A stretch of DNA of 62,809 nt, filler included. It is 6 parts of 6 records of this genome, joined end to end, with 100 filler letters (N's around TTAATTAATTAA, not from the genome) between each part and the next. Parts side by side here need not be neighbours in the genome. Positions count along the whole stretch, not along the records: positions 1 to 28,370 come from SRR9188677_205; 5 more parts are not named here. The stretch is one strand, 5' to 3'. Positions 1 to 8,287 of this stretch are shown here, one piece after another. The notes beneath the pieces are model-generated. The model was not told where the DNA came from and did no database searches. It saw only the letters and a program-made list of their open reading frames with translations. Position 1 is the stretch's first letter. Every line of letters begins with the position of its first letter. A program made the translations under genes and the position numbers.

Positions 1-1
1 C

Positions 2-148
2 ACGCACGAGATGGGCTTCGCGCGCGAGGTCGGGTCTCGCCTGATCTTCATGGACGGTGGACACATCGTCGAGGAAGGCGACCCGCGCGAGGTTCTCGGC
101 AACCCGCAGCACCCGCGCACGAAGGACTTCCTTTCGCGCGTGCTCTGA
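2..148 (+). CDS. Polar amino acid ABC transporter ATP-binding protein (GlnQ-like), 3' fragment
   Basis: Manual translation [48 protein letters not shown] shows the H-loop and typical C-terminus of polar amino acid ABC ATPases. Truncated by the window start. Confidence 0.9.
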   Translation, partial: THEMGFAREVGSRLIFMDGGHIVEEGDPREVLGNPQHPRTKDFLSRVL

Positions 149-156
149 TCCGAGAT

Positions 157-202
157 CGACGAGACCCCCTGCCGCAGATATCTGCGACAGGGGGTCTCGT
201 CG
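157..202. terminator. Long hairpin between convergent genes, probable bidirectional terminator
   Basis: CGACGAGACCCCCTGCCGCAGA-TA-TCTGCGACAGGGGGTCTCGTCG, 22-bp arms with one mismatch. Confidence 0.75.
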
Positions 203-219
203 TGAAGCGTGGAAGGAGG

Positions 220-399
220 TCAGTCGGCTTCGACGACCTCGGCGTCTGCGGCGTTCCGGCGGACGGAGTCGATCCCGTTCAGCGCGGCGGACTTCGACGA
301 GTAGCCCTCGCTGATCGCGATGACCTCGCCGTTGCCGGCCTTCAGACGGAACCGGTACTCGCCGGACTTGTCGGTGTACAGCTCGAACTTGCCTGCCAT
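220..399 (-). CDS. YegP family (DUF1508) protein
   Basis: MAGKFELYTDKSGEYRFRLKAGNGEVIAISEGYSSKSAALNGIDSVRRNA is a typical DUF1508 sequence. AAAGGA RBS upstream of ATG 399. Confidence 0.9.
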   Translation of the reverse strand: MAGKFELYTDKSGEYRFRLKAGNGEVIAISEGYSSKSAALNGIDSVRRNAADAEVVEAD

Positions 400-515
400 G
401 AGGCGTCCTTTCTCTCTCGGATGGAGGGAACCCCGCCCCTCGGGCCTCACGCTAGCGCTCGGCGAGGGTCCGGGGAAGAGCGAGGGGTCAGCCGTGTTTC
501 TGACCTCGGTGCAGT

Positions 516-914
516 ATGAGAGGCGAACCTCAGCCCTTCGTCGTCGGCTGCTGCGAAATCGAAGCGGTCGAAGTCCGCGGGAGAACCCTCCCTCCCCTGA
601 AATCTGCAGCGGGAGCGAGTGCCGCTGCGCGCGCCGGGTCGGCGACCGTCGTATGGAACTCGGGCTCTCCCACGTACACGTGCGCGGGGCGGGACCAGTA
701 CGTGCTGCTCCAGTGGAAGCGCACAGGTGGAACCTCTACGGGATATCGGTTCGTGGACCTCTGGATTCACGGAACGATGCTCAACAACGTCCGCTCGGGC
801 TCCGGCGTCGTGAGCGTCTACACGGGACTCAAATACGCCACCTACTACGAACTCAACGCACTCGGCGGTGGAACCATCGAGTGGGCCACGCTGGGTTGCT
901 ATACCGCAGCCTGA
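516..914 (+). CDS. Hypothetical small beta-rich protein (start uncertain)
   Basis: The C-terminal ~95 aa read like real protein (Tyr/Trp/Gly/Thr-rich, two Cys, GC3-biased codons). The N-terminal part looks non-coding. Confidence 0.45.
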   Translation: MRGEPQPFVVGCCEIEAVEVRGRTLPPLKSAAGASAAARAGSATVVWNSGSPTYTCAGRDQYVLLQWKRTGGTSTGYRFVDLWIHGTMLNNVRSGSGVVSVYTGLKYATYYELNALGGGTIEWATLGCYTAA

Positions 915-972
915 GCATGGAGGAGGTCCCCGCCCGGCGCGATGCGCCCGGCAGGGACCTCCTTACGGCGTC

Positions 973-1488
973 TCAGCCCTGCGGGACGCTGTACTTGAAG
1001 CCGCGGTGCGAGCCGACGTACCCCAGCCGCTCGTAGAAACGGTGCGCGTCGGTGCGGGAGGCGTCCGAGGTGAGCTGCACCATGCTCGCGCCGACCGCAG
1101 GGGCCGCCGCCTCCGACACCCAGCGCATCACGGCGGAGCCGATGCCCGACGAGCGCAGGCTGCTCTGTACGCGGACCGCCTCGACCAGCAGCCGTCGAGC
1201 GCCGCGACGTGCCATCCCGGGGATCGAGGTGAGCTGCAGCGTGCCGACGATCGCACCGTCGAGCTCGACGACGAGCAGGTCGTTCGACGGTTCGGCCAGG
1301 ATCTCGATGAGACCCTGTCGATAGGCCGGTCGGTCCTCCTCGGAGGCCACATCGCCGCGGGCCGCGCTGATCGGGTCGTCGGCGAGCAGGGCGATCACGG
1401 CATCCGTGTCATCGACCGTGGCACGCCGCAGGAGCGCCGTCCCGATGCGCGATTCGAAAGAGTGGGGCAGCGGGAGGGCGTCGAGCAT
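973..1488 (-). CDS. GNAT family N-acetyltransferase
   Basis: Acetyl-CoA motif VRVQSSLRSSGIGSAV and AHRFYERLGY. Start set at MLDALP, with -10 CAGACT 6 nt upstream. Confidence 0.88.
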   Translation of the reverse strand: MLDALPLPHSFESRIGTALLRRATVDDTDAVIALLADDPISAARGDVASEEDRPAYRQGLIEILAEPSNDLLVVELDGAIVGTLQLTSIPGMARRGARRLLVEAVRVQSSLRSSGIGSAVMRWVSEAAAPAVGASMVQLTSDASRTDAHRFYERLGYVGSHRGFKYSVPQG

Positions 1489-1554
1489 GGCTCCAGTCTG
1501 CCAGCGCACGGAGCGGATGCCGGAGCGGCGTCCACTCTCTGGAATCATGGCGAG

Positions 1555-2382
1555 GTGGATATCGGCGCCGTGCTCGGTCTGGAGCAGCTCACGTGGGGGA
1601 TGCTCCTGCTCGTCGTCGTCGCTGCATTCTGCGCCGGCTGGATCGACGCCGTCGTCGGCGGGGGAGGACTGCTACAGCTGCCCGCGCTGCTGCTGATCCC
1701 CGGTATCTCGCCGGTGCAGGCCCTTGCGACGAACAAGCTCGCTTCGGTCTTCGGCACCGCGACCAGCAGCGCCACCTACTATCGGCGCGCGAAACCCGAC
1801 ATCCGCACCGCCGTGCCGATGGCGATCGTCGCACTGATCGGCTCGTTCGGGGGAGCGGCCGTCGCGACGGTGCTGCCGCCGGCCGCCTTCAAGCCGATCA
1901 TCGTGATCGCCCTGCTCGTGGTGGCGTTGTTCACCGCGTTCCGGCCGCAGATGGGGGCGGCGACCCAGCTGCGGTTCCACGGGCACAAGCACCACATCAT
2001 GGCGGGCGCGGCAGGACTCGGCATCGGCTTCTACGACGGGATGATCGGTCCGGGCACGGGTACCTTCCTCGTCATCACGCTCGTCGCACTGCTCGGCTAC
2101 GACTTCCTGCAGGCCAGCGCCAAGGCCAAGATCGTCAACCTCGCCACGAACGCGGGCGCACTGATGCTGTTCATCCCGCACGGTGCCGTGCTGTGGCTGC
2201 TCGGCGGCATCCTCGCCGTCGCGAACGTCGCGGGCAGCTACCTGGGGTCGCGGATGGCGATCTCCCGCGGGACCACGTTCATCCGGGTCGTCTTCCTCGT
2301 GGTCGTGATCGTCCTGATCGGCAAGCTCGGCGTCGACGTCTGGAACGAGAACATCCTCCCCGCCTTCGCATCACTCGGCTGA
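1555..2382 (+). CDS. TSUP/TauE-SafE family membrane transporter
   Basis: AGWIDAVVGGGGLLQLP, ATNK and GFYDGMIGPGTG motifs, about 8 TM helices. GTG start within ORF 868-2382. Confidence 0.9.
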   Translation: MDIGAVLGLEQLTWGMLLLVVVAAFCAGWIDAVVGGGGLLQLPALLLIPGISPVQALATNKLASVFGTATSSATYYRRAKPDIRTAVPMAIVALIGSFGGAAVATVLPPAAFKPIIVIALLVVALFTAFRPQMGAATQLRFHGHKHHIMAGAAGLGIGFYDGMIGPGTGTFLVITLVALLGYDFLQASAKAKIVNLATNAGALMLFIPHGAVLWLLGGILAVANVAGSYLGSRMAISRGTTFIRVVFLVVVIVLIGKLGVDVWNENILPAFASLG

Positions 2383-2392
2383 ACGACCGAAA

Positions 2393-2437
2393 ACGCCCGG
2401 GTCGCACGAGTCCGAGGACTGCGTGCGACCCGGGCGT
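2393..2437. terminator. Hairpin between convergent TSUP and aspS genes
   Basis: Perfect 16-bp arms ACGCCCGGGTCGCACG and CGTGCGACCCGGGCGT. Confidence 0.75.
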
Positions 2438-2458
2438 GAGTCCGCGTGGCGGTGGGCG

Positions 2459-4240
2459 TCAGGCCTCGTCGTCTTCGGGCTCGTAGTCGACGCCGGCCTC
2501 GGCGCGCTGCGCGTCGGTGATGGGCGCCGGAGCGGAGGTGAGCGGGTCGAAGCCGTTGCCCGACTTCGGGAAGGCGATGACCTCGCGGATCGACTCGGTC
2601 TTGGTCAGGTGCTGCAGCACGCGGTCCATGCCGAGCGCGATCCCGCCGTGGGGCGGGGCACCGAACTTGAACGCGTCGAGCAGGAAGCCGAACTGCTCGT
2701 CGGCCTGCTCGTCGCTGATGCCCATAACCTCGAACACGCGCTTCTGCACGTCTTCGCGGTGGATGCGGATCGAGCCGCCACCGAGCTCCGAGCCGTTGCA
2801 CACGATGTCGTACGCGTAGGCGAGGGCCGATCCAGGGTCGGTGTCGAACGTGTCCTGGAACTCGGGCTTGGGGCCGGTGAAGGCGTGGTGCACGGCCGTC
2901 CAGGCGCCCGCGCCGACGGCGACGTCACCGGAGGCCACGGCGTCGGCTGCCGGCTCGAACATCGGAGCGTCGACGACCCAGGTGAAGGCGAATTCATCGG
3001 GGTTCAGGTAGCCGAGGCGGCGGCCGATCTCGACGCGCGCGGCACCGAGCAGCGCACGGCTCTCCTTGGTGGAACCGGCGGCGAAGAAGACGCAGTCGCC
3101 GGTCTCGGCACCGACGAGCGCGGCGAGTCCGGCCTGCTCGGCCTCGGACAGGTTCTTCGCGGCAGGGCCGCCGAGCGTGCCGTCCTCGTTGAACAGCACG
3201 TAGGCGAGGCCGCGGGCGCCGCGCTGCTTGGCCCAGTCCTGCCAGGCGTCGAGCTGCTTGCGGGGCTGCGAGGCGCCACCGGGCATGCGCACCGCGCCGA
3301 CGTACTCCGCCTGGAAGACGCGGAACGGGGTGTCCTTGAAGTACTCGGTCGCCTCGACGAGCTCGAGTCCGAAGCGCAGGTCGGGCTTGTCGGAGCCGTA
3401 CTTGGCCATGGCGTCGGCGTAGGTCATGCGCGGCAGGGGCGTGGCCACCTCGACACCGATCGTCGCCCACATCGCCACGATGAGCGACTCCATGAGCGTG
3501 ATCACGTCTTCCTGGTCGACGAAGCTCATCTCGATGTCGAGCTGCGTGAACTCCGGCTGACGGTCGGCGCGGAAGTCCTCGTCGCGGTAGCAGCGGGCGA
3601 TCTGGAAGTACTTCTCGACGCCACCGACCATCAGCAGCTGCTTGAACAGCTGCGGCGACTGCGGCAGGGCGTACCAGCTGCCGGGGCTCAGGCGAGCCGG
3701 CACCAGGAAGTCGCGCGCGCCTTCGGGCGTGGAGCGCGTGAGGGTGGGCGTCTCGACCTCGGTGAAGTCGTCGGCGTGCAGCACGTCGCGGATCGCCTTG
3801 TAGACGTTCGAGCGCAGGCGCAGAGCGGATGCGGGGGCCGGACGACGCAGGTCGAGGTAGCGGTACTTGAGACGGGCTTCCTCGCCCACAGTCTCGGTGT
3901 CGGCGAGCGCCGTGGAGACCTGGAAGGGGAGGGGAGCGGACTCGTTCAGCACCTCGACGTCGGTCGCGATGAGCTCGATCTCGCCGGTGGGGAGGTTCGG
4001 GTTCGCGTTGCCCTCGGGGCGCAGCGACACCTCGCCGGTCACCTTCAGCACGAATTCGTTGCGCAGCGGGTGCGCGATCTCCTCGTCGCGGATGACGACC
4101 TGAGCGATGCCGGAGGCGTCCCGCAGATCGATGAAAGCGACTCCTCCGTGGTCACGACGGCGATCGACCCAACCCGAGAGGGTGACGGTCTGACCGATGT
4201 GCTCGGCTCGCAGAGAGCCTGCCGAGTGGGTGCGAAGCAC
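2459..4240 (-). CDS. aspS: Aspartate--tRNA ligase, likely non-discriminating Asp/Asn type
   Basis: [37 protein letters not shown] and [11 protein letters not shown] motifs; 593 aa. Confidence 0.98.
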   Translation of the reverse strand: MLRTHSAGSLRAEHIGQTVTLSGWVDRRRDHGGVAFIDLRDASGIAQVVIRDEEIAHPLRNEFVLKVTGEVSLRPEGNANPNLPTGEIELIATDVEVLNESAPLPFQVSTALADTETVGEEARLKYRYLDLRRPAPASALRLRSNVYKAIRDVLHADDFTEVETPTLTRSTPEGARDFLVPARLSPGSWYALPQSPQLFKQLLMVGGVEKYFQIARCYRDEDFRADRQPEFTQLDIEMSFVDQEDVITLMESLIVAMWATIGVEVATPLPRMTYADAMAKYGSDKPDLRFGLELVEATEYFKDTPFRVFQAEYVGAVRMPGGASQPRKQLDAWQDWAKQRGARGLAYVLFNEDGTLGGPAAKNLSEAEQAGLAALVGAETGDCVFFAAGSTKESRALLGAARVEIGRRLGYLNPDEFAFTWVVDAPMFEPAADAVASGDVAVGAGAWTAVHHAFTGPKPEFQDTFDTDPGSALAYAYDIVCNGSELGGGSIRIHREDVQKRVFEVMGISDEQADEQFGFLLDAFKFGAPPHGGIALGMDRVLQHLTKTESIREVIAFPKSGNGFDPLTSAPAPITDAQRAEAGVDYEPEDDEA

Positions 4241-4383
4241 GGAGTATTCCTTCTGATCTGGGAAATGGGGAACCCGCCCATTCTACGGGGGCGGTCGGGA
4301 GGTCATCGGCCCCGTCGGCGGCGTCCGGGGCGGCATATCAGTAGGATCGCCACGACACAGCTCTTACACAGAAAGGATGCACC

Positions 4384-4758
4384 GTGGACAACAACGGCAT
4401 CGCCGATCTCTACGCATCGATCTTCTCCGGTACTACGGGCCTGATCGCGCTCGTCTTCTACATCCTCGTCGCCATCGGGCTGTGGAAGGTGTTCACGAAG
4501 GCCGGATACCCCGGCATCCTCGCGATCATCCCGATCGTGAACCTCGTCTTCCTGGTGAAGATCGCCGGAATGTCCGGCTGGTTCGCACTGCTGTACCTCA
4601 TCCCGGTCGCGAACCTGATCCTCGCGATCATCGTCGCGTTCAAGCTCGGTGAGCGCTTCAACAAGGGCGGGCTCTTCTCGTTCTTCCTGCTTTTCCTCTT
4701 CCCGTACATCGGGTACCTGATCCTCGGCTTCGGGGATTCGCGCTACAGCAAGGCGTGA
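4384..4758 (+). CDS. DUF5684-family small membrane protein
   Basis: LWKVFTKAGYPG..AIIPIVN pattern, 3-4 TM segments, AAAGGA RBS. Confidence 0.75.
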   Translation: MDNNGIADLYASIFSGTTGLIALVFYILVAIGLWKVFTKAGYPGILAIIPIVNLVFLVKIAGMSGWFALLYLIPVANLILAIIVAFKLGERFNKGGLFSFFLLFLFPYIGYLILGFGDSRYSKA

Positions 4759-4759
4759 C

Positions 4760-5389
4760 ATGACGGCGTCCCGGTTGCACCTCGTCCGACACGGCGAGGT
4801 GCACAATCCGGCCCGCGTGCTCTACGGTCGTCTTCCCGACTACCACCTGAGCACGGCGGGCCGGGGGATGGCCGCAGCGGCGGCCGACCACGTGGCCTCG
4901 CTCGAGCGTCCCGTGCGCGCGCTGTACTCCTCGCCGCTGGAGCGTGCGCAGGAGTCGGCCGAGCCGTTCGCGGAGCGCTTTGACCTCGTGCCCGAGGTCG
5001 ACATCCGCCTGATCGAGCCGACCAACGTGTTCGAGGGGACGCAGATGCGCCGTTCCCTGATGAACCCGCTGAACTGGTGGCACCTGCGCCAGCCGTCCGT
5101 TCCCAGCTGGGGTGAGCCGTATTCCTCCATCGCGGAGCGGATGCTCGGCATCATGGACGAAGCGTGGGATGCGGCACCGGACGGCGACGTCGTGATGGTC
5201 TCGCACCAGGCGCCGATCTGGATCACCCACCTCCGGGTGGCGGGCCTGCCCTTGCAGCACGACCCGCGCACGCGTCGCTGCGCCCTGTCGAGTGTCACCT
5301 CGTTCGAGCGCGTCGGCGACGTCTGGCGAGAGGTCGCCTACGCCGAGCCCGCCGCGACCGGCGGCGCCGTGGACGTCGGCGCGGTCTGA
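4760..5389 (+). CDS. Histidine phosphatase (phosphoglycerate mutase-like) family protein
   Basis: LVRHGE, SSPLERAQES and VSHQ motifs. This gene usually precedes resA in actinobacteria. Confidence 0.92.
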   Translation: MTASRLHLVRHGEVHNPARVLYGRLPDYHLSTAGRGMAAAAADHVASLERPVRALYSSPLERAQESAEPFAERFDLVPEVDIRLIEPTNVFEGTQMRRSLMNPLNWWHLRQPSVPSWGEPYSSIAERMLGIMDEAWDAAPDGDVVMVSHQAPIWITHLRVAGLPLQHDPRTRRCALSSVTSFERVGDVWREVAYAEPAATGGAVDVGAV

Positions 5390-5413
5390 GCCGGTCCTCG
5401 CGACGCGCCCCGC

Positions 5414-6319
5414 TCAGTGCTCGGCGGCCAGGAGCGACTGGATGATGCCGACCGCGGCCAGCTGACCGGCGGCAGCCGCCAGCAGCACGGATGCCATCGG
5501 GCCGGGAAGGGTCGCACGGTGGGCGAGATCGCCCGCGGCGAAGACCCCGGGGAGCGAGGTGCGTCCGAACTCGTCGATCTCGATGCAGCCGGACTCGAGC
5601 ATCTGCAGGTCGAGCTGCGCGACCAACGGTGACCGCTGGCGCATCGATCCCGCCGCGACGAAGATGCCGTCGACCACGTGCTCATCGTGGTGGGTGCGGA
5701 TGCGCACGCCTCCGTCGACCTTCTCGAGGGAGGAGACAGGGGCAGGGCTCACCCGCACGCCCTTCGCCTCGAGCATCTGGATATCTTCGTCGGCGAACAT
5801 CTCCCCGACGGGGAACACGGTGACGTCGCCGACGATCCGGCCCAGCAGCCCGATGAGGTGCGCGGCCCGAGGTGCGGCGCCGAGGATGGCGATCGGTCTT
5901 CCCGCGTGCTCGTGTCCGTCGCAGAACGGGCAGCTGAACGCGAGTGTGCCCCACAGGTCCTGCAGGCCGGGGACGTCGGGAAGGTCGTCGGCGACGCCCG
6001 TGGCGAGGATGACCTGGCGCCCCTCGACCACGGAGCCGTCGGAGATGCCGACGACGAAGGCATCCTCGGCGCCCGAGACGCTCATCGCTGCGGCGTCGCG
6101 GATCTCCACGTCGTCGTAGGCGGAGAGCTCTGCCCGTGCGGTCGCGCGGAGCTGGGCGGGGGCGGTGCCGTCCGCGCCGATCATGTTGTGCATGTGCAGG
6201 ACGGTGCCGTTGCGGTACTCGCCCGAGTCGAGGAGCAACGTGGAGCGGTGCATCCGCCCGAGGGTCAGAGCGGCCTGCAGTCCTGCCGGTCCTGCGCCGA
6301 TCACGATGGCGTCGTACAT
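5414..6319 (-). CDS. TrxB-like FAD-dependent disulfide oxidoreductase
   Basis: GAGPAG FAD motif, ILATG, CPFCDG redox pair, TSLPGVFAAGD. The canonical NADPH GGGxxA motif is degenerate. Confidence 0.88.
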   Translation of the reverse strand: MYDAIVIGAGPAGLQAALTLGRMHRSTLLLDSGEYRNGTVLHMHNMIGADGTAPAQLRATARAELSAYDDVEIRDAAAMSVSGAEDAFVVGISDGSVVEGRQVILATGVADDLPDVPGLQDLWGTLAFSCPFCDGHEHAGRPIAILGAAPRAAHLIGLLGRIVGDVTVFPVGEMFADEDIQMLEAKGVRVSPAPVSSLEKVDGGVRIRTHHDEHVVDGIFVAAGSMRQRSPLVAQLDLQMLESGCIEIDEFGRTSLPGVFAAGDLAHRATLPGPMASVLLAAAAGQLAAVGIIQSLLAAEH

Positions 6320-6355
6320 GGTGGTCCTTCCGATGACGTTGTTGCGTTGCTCGTC

Positions 6356-6386
6356 AGTCTGTGACTTCATGTCAACATGAAGTCAA
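6356..6386 (-). promoter_or_regulatory. MerR-type promoter/operator for the oxidoreductase
   Basis: Minus strand TTGACT-19 bp-CAGACT. Perfect inverted repeat TGACTTCATGT-CA-ACATGAAGTCA (6362-6385) covers the spacer and the merR ATG. Confidence 0.85.
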
Positions 6387-6781
6387 GCGATGCGCACCCC
6401 TGGTTCGTCGGCGACGTGGCCGCCCGCGTCGAACTGCCCACGAACGTGCTGCGGCACTGGGAATCGGTGGGTCTGCTCCGGCCGCCTCGAGACTCCGCGG
6501 GGCGCCGGCGCTACGGCGAAGACGAGGTCGTGCGCATCGCCGTGATCCAGCGCAGCAAGGCCGCGGGGATGACGCTCGAACAGATCGGGGTGCTGCTCGA
6601 CGACGGCAGCGCCGGGCGGCACCAGGTGCTGCAGCAGCATCTGGACGACATCGATCGGCGCATGGAGGAGATGCGCCGATCCCGCGAGATGACCGAGCAC
6701 GCGATGGGCTGCCGGGCGCACGACATCGCCACCTGCCCGCGGTTCCGGGCGGGCGTGGACGACGTTCTGGCGCGCTTCTGA
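6377..6781 (+). CDS. MerR family transcriptional regulator
   Basis: VGDVAARVELPTNVLRHWESVGLL..RDSAGRRRY HTH; C-terminal C-x7-C (GCRAHDIATC). Confidence 0.92.
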   Translation: MKSSDAHPWFVGDVAARVELPTNVLRHWESVGLLRPPRDSAGRRRYGEDEVVRIAVIQRSKAAGMTLEQIGVLLDDGSAGRHQVLQQHLDDIDRRMEEMRRSREMTEHAMGCRAHDIATCPRFRAGVDDVLARF

Positions 6782-6843
6782 GGCCCTCGGCGAGGCGCCC
6801 GTTTCCGGCTCGCGCATAGGATCCTCTGCGTAAACTCGGAGTC

Positions 6844-7494
6844 GTGCCAAGCGATTCGACGGTCCGTCAGATCCGCAGCGGCCGCTCCTCCCGCACCCGG
6901 CGTTCGCGTCGTGCGGTCGGTGCCGCGCTCGCTGCGGTGCTCGCCATCGGCTTGAGCGCCTGCGCTCCCGATCCGGTAAGCGAATCGTTCCTGAACGGCG
7001 AGAATACGGGCTATGTCGCCGCCGACGGTGCCATCGTCGAGATCCCGGTCTCCGAGCGCGGCGAACCCGTCGTGTTCAGCGGGGTGACCGAGGAGGGCGA
7101 GAAGTTCGACAGCGCCGACATCGCCGGACAGGTCGCGGTCGTGAACTTCTGGTACGCCGGCTGTGCGCCGTGCCGCCTCGAGGCTGCCGATCTGGAAGCG
7201 GTGTGGCAGGACTTCAGCGATGAGGACGTCGCGTTCGTCGGCATCAACACCCGCGACCAGGCAGACACCGCTGTGGCCTTCGCGAACGAGTACGGCGTCA
7301 CCTACCCCAGCCTGATCGATGTCGACACCGCGCAGGCCAAGCTCGCCTTCGCGAAGGAGACCCCGATCGCTGCGACGCCGACCACACTCGTGCTCGACAA
7401 GCAGGGTCGGGTCGCTGCCCGCATCATCGGACCCATCGATGGCAAGTCGATCCTCTCCACGCTCGTCAAGGACGCGTTGGCGGAGGACTCGTGA
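6844..7494 (+). CDS. resA: TlpA/ResA family thiol-disulfide reductase (lipoprotein)
   Basis: LSAC lipobox and NFWYAGCAPC thioredoxin motif; upstream of ccdA. Confidence 0.88.
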   Translation: MPSDSTVRQIRSGRSSRTRRSRRAVGAALAAVLAIGLSACAPDPVSESFLNGENTGYVAADGAIVEIPVSERGEPVVFSGVTEEGEKFDSADIAGQVAVVNFWYAGCAPCRLEAADLEAVWQDFSDEDVAFVGINTRDQADTAVAFANEYGVTYPSLIDVDTAQAKLAFAKETPIAATPTTLVLDKQGRVAARIIGPIDGKSILSTLVKDALAEDS

Positions 7495-7510
7495 CCATCA
7501 GGGGAGCCTT

Positions 7511-8287
7511 GTGAACCCCGAAGCGATCATCGGCTCCGGGGCCCTCTGGATCGCGATCCCGGTCGCGATGCTCGCGGGACTCGTCTCGTTCCTCTCTCCG
7601 TGCGTGCTCCCCCTCGTTCCCGGCTACCTCGGTTTCCTCGGCGGCGCCGTCGCGCCTCGGTCAACCGCTGCTTCCGGCGCAGAGGGTCAGGCCACGGCCC
7701 AGACGACGACACGTGGCCGGCTCGTCCTGGGTGTGCTGCTGTTCATCCTCGGCTTCAGTCTCGTCTTCGTCTCCATCACGGCTCTGGGGGGGATGGCGAG
7801 CGTCTTCCTCCTGCAGTGGGGCGAGCTCATCACGCGCATTCTGGGCGTCGTCATCATCGTGATGGGTCTGGTCTTCCTCGGCCTGTTCGGGTTCGCGCAG
7901 CGGGAGCTCCGCTTCCACGTGGATTCTAAGGCCGGCATCATCGGGGCGCCGCTGCTGGGCATCGCGCTCGGCATCGGCTGGGCTCCGTGCCTGGGGCCCA
8001 CACTCACGGCGATCTTCGCGCTGTCGTTCAATGCCGGTGATCCTGTGCGCGCAGGCTTCCTCGGGCTCGCGTACTCGCTCGGCCTCGGCATCCCGTTCCT
8101 TCTCGTCGCCCTCGGTTTCGGTTGGGCGACGAAGACGATCGGATTCCTTCGTCGGCATATCCGCGTCGTCAACGTCATCGGCGGAATCCTGCTCATCATG
8201 CTCGGCATCCTGATGGTCACAGGGCTCTGGACCGACATCATGTCGCGGTTGACGGCGGTGATGGGCAGTGTCCTCCTCCCGCTCTGA
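7511..8287 (+). CDS. ccdA: Cytochrome c biogenesis protein CcdA
   Basis: SFLSPCVLPLVPGY and GWAPCLGP motifs; GTG start after GGGGAG. Confidence 0.93.
   Translation: MNPEAIIGSGALWIAIPVAMLAGLVSFLSPCVLPLVPGYLGFLGGAVAPRSTAASGAEGQATAQTTTRGRLVLGVLLFILGFSLVFVSITALGGMASVFLLQWGELITRILGVVIIVMGLVFLGLFGFAQRELRFHVDSKAGIIGAPLLGIALGIGWAPCLGPTLTAIFALSFNAGDPVRAGFLGLAYSLGLGIPFLLVALGFGWATKTIGFLRRHIRVVNVIGGILLIMLGILMVTGLWTDIMSRLTAVMGSVLLPL

Noticed and set aside
2423-4444. Long antisense or alternate-frame ORFs (also 8238-10160, 11598-13790, 14156-16057, 35860-37929 and many more)
   Set aside because: Shadow ORFs of high-GC coding regions. They overlap well-supported genes and have Arg/Gly/Pro-rich sequence without motifs.
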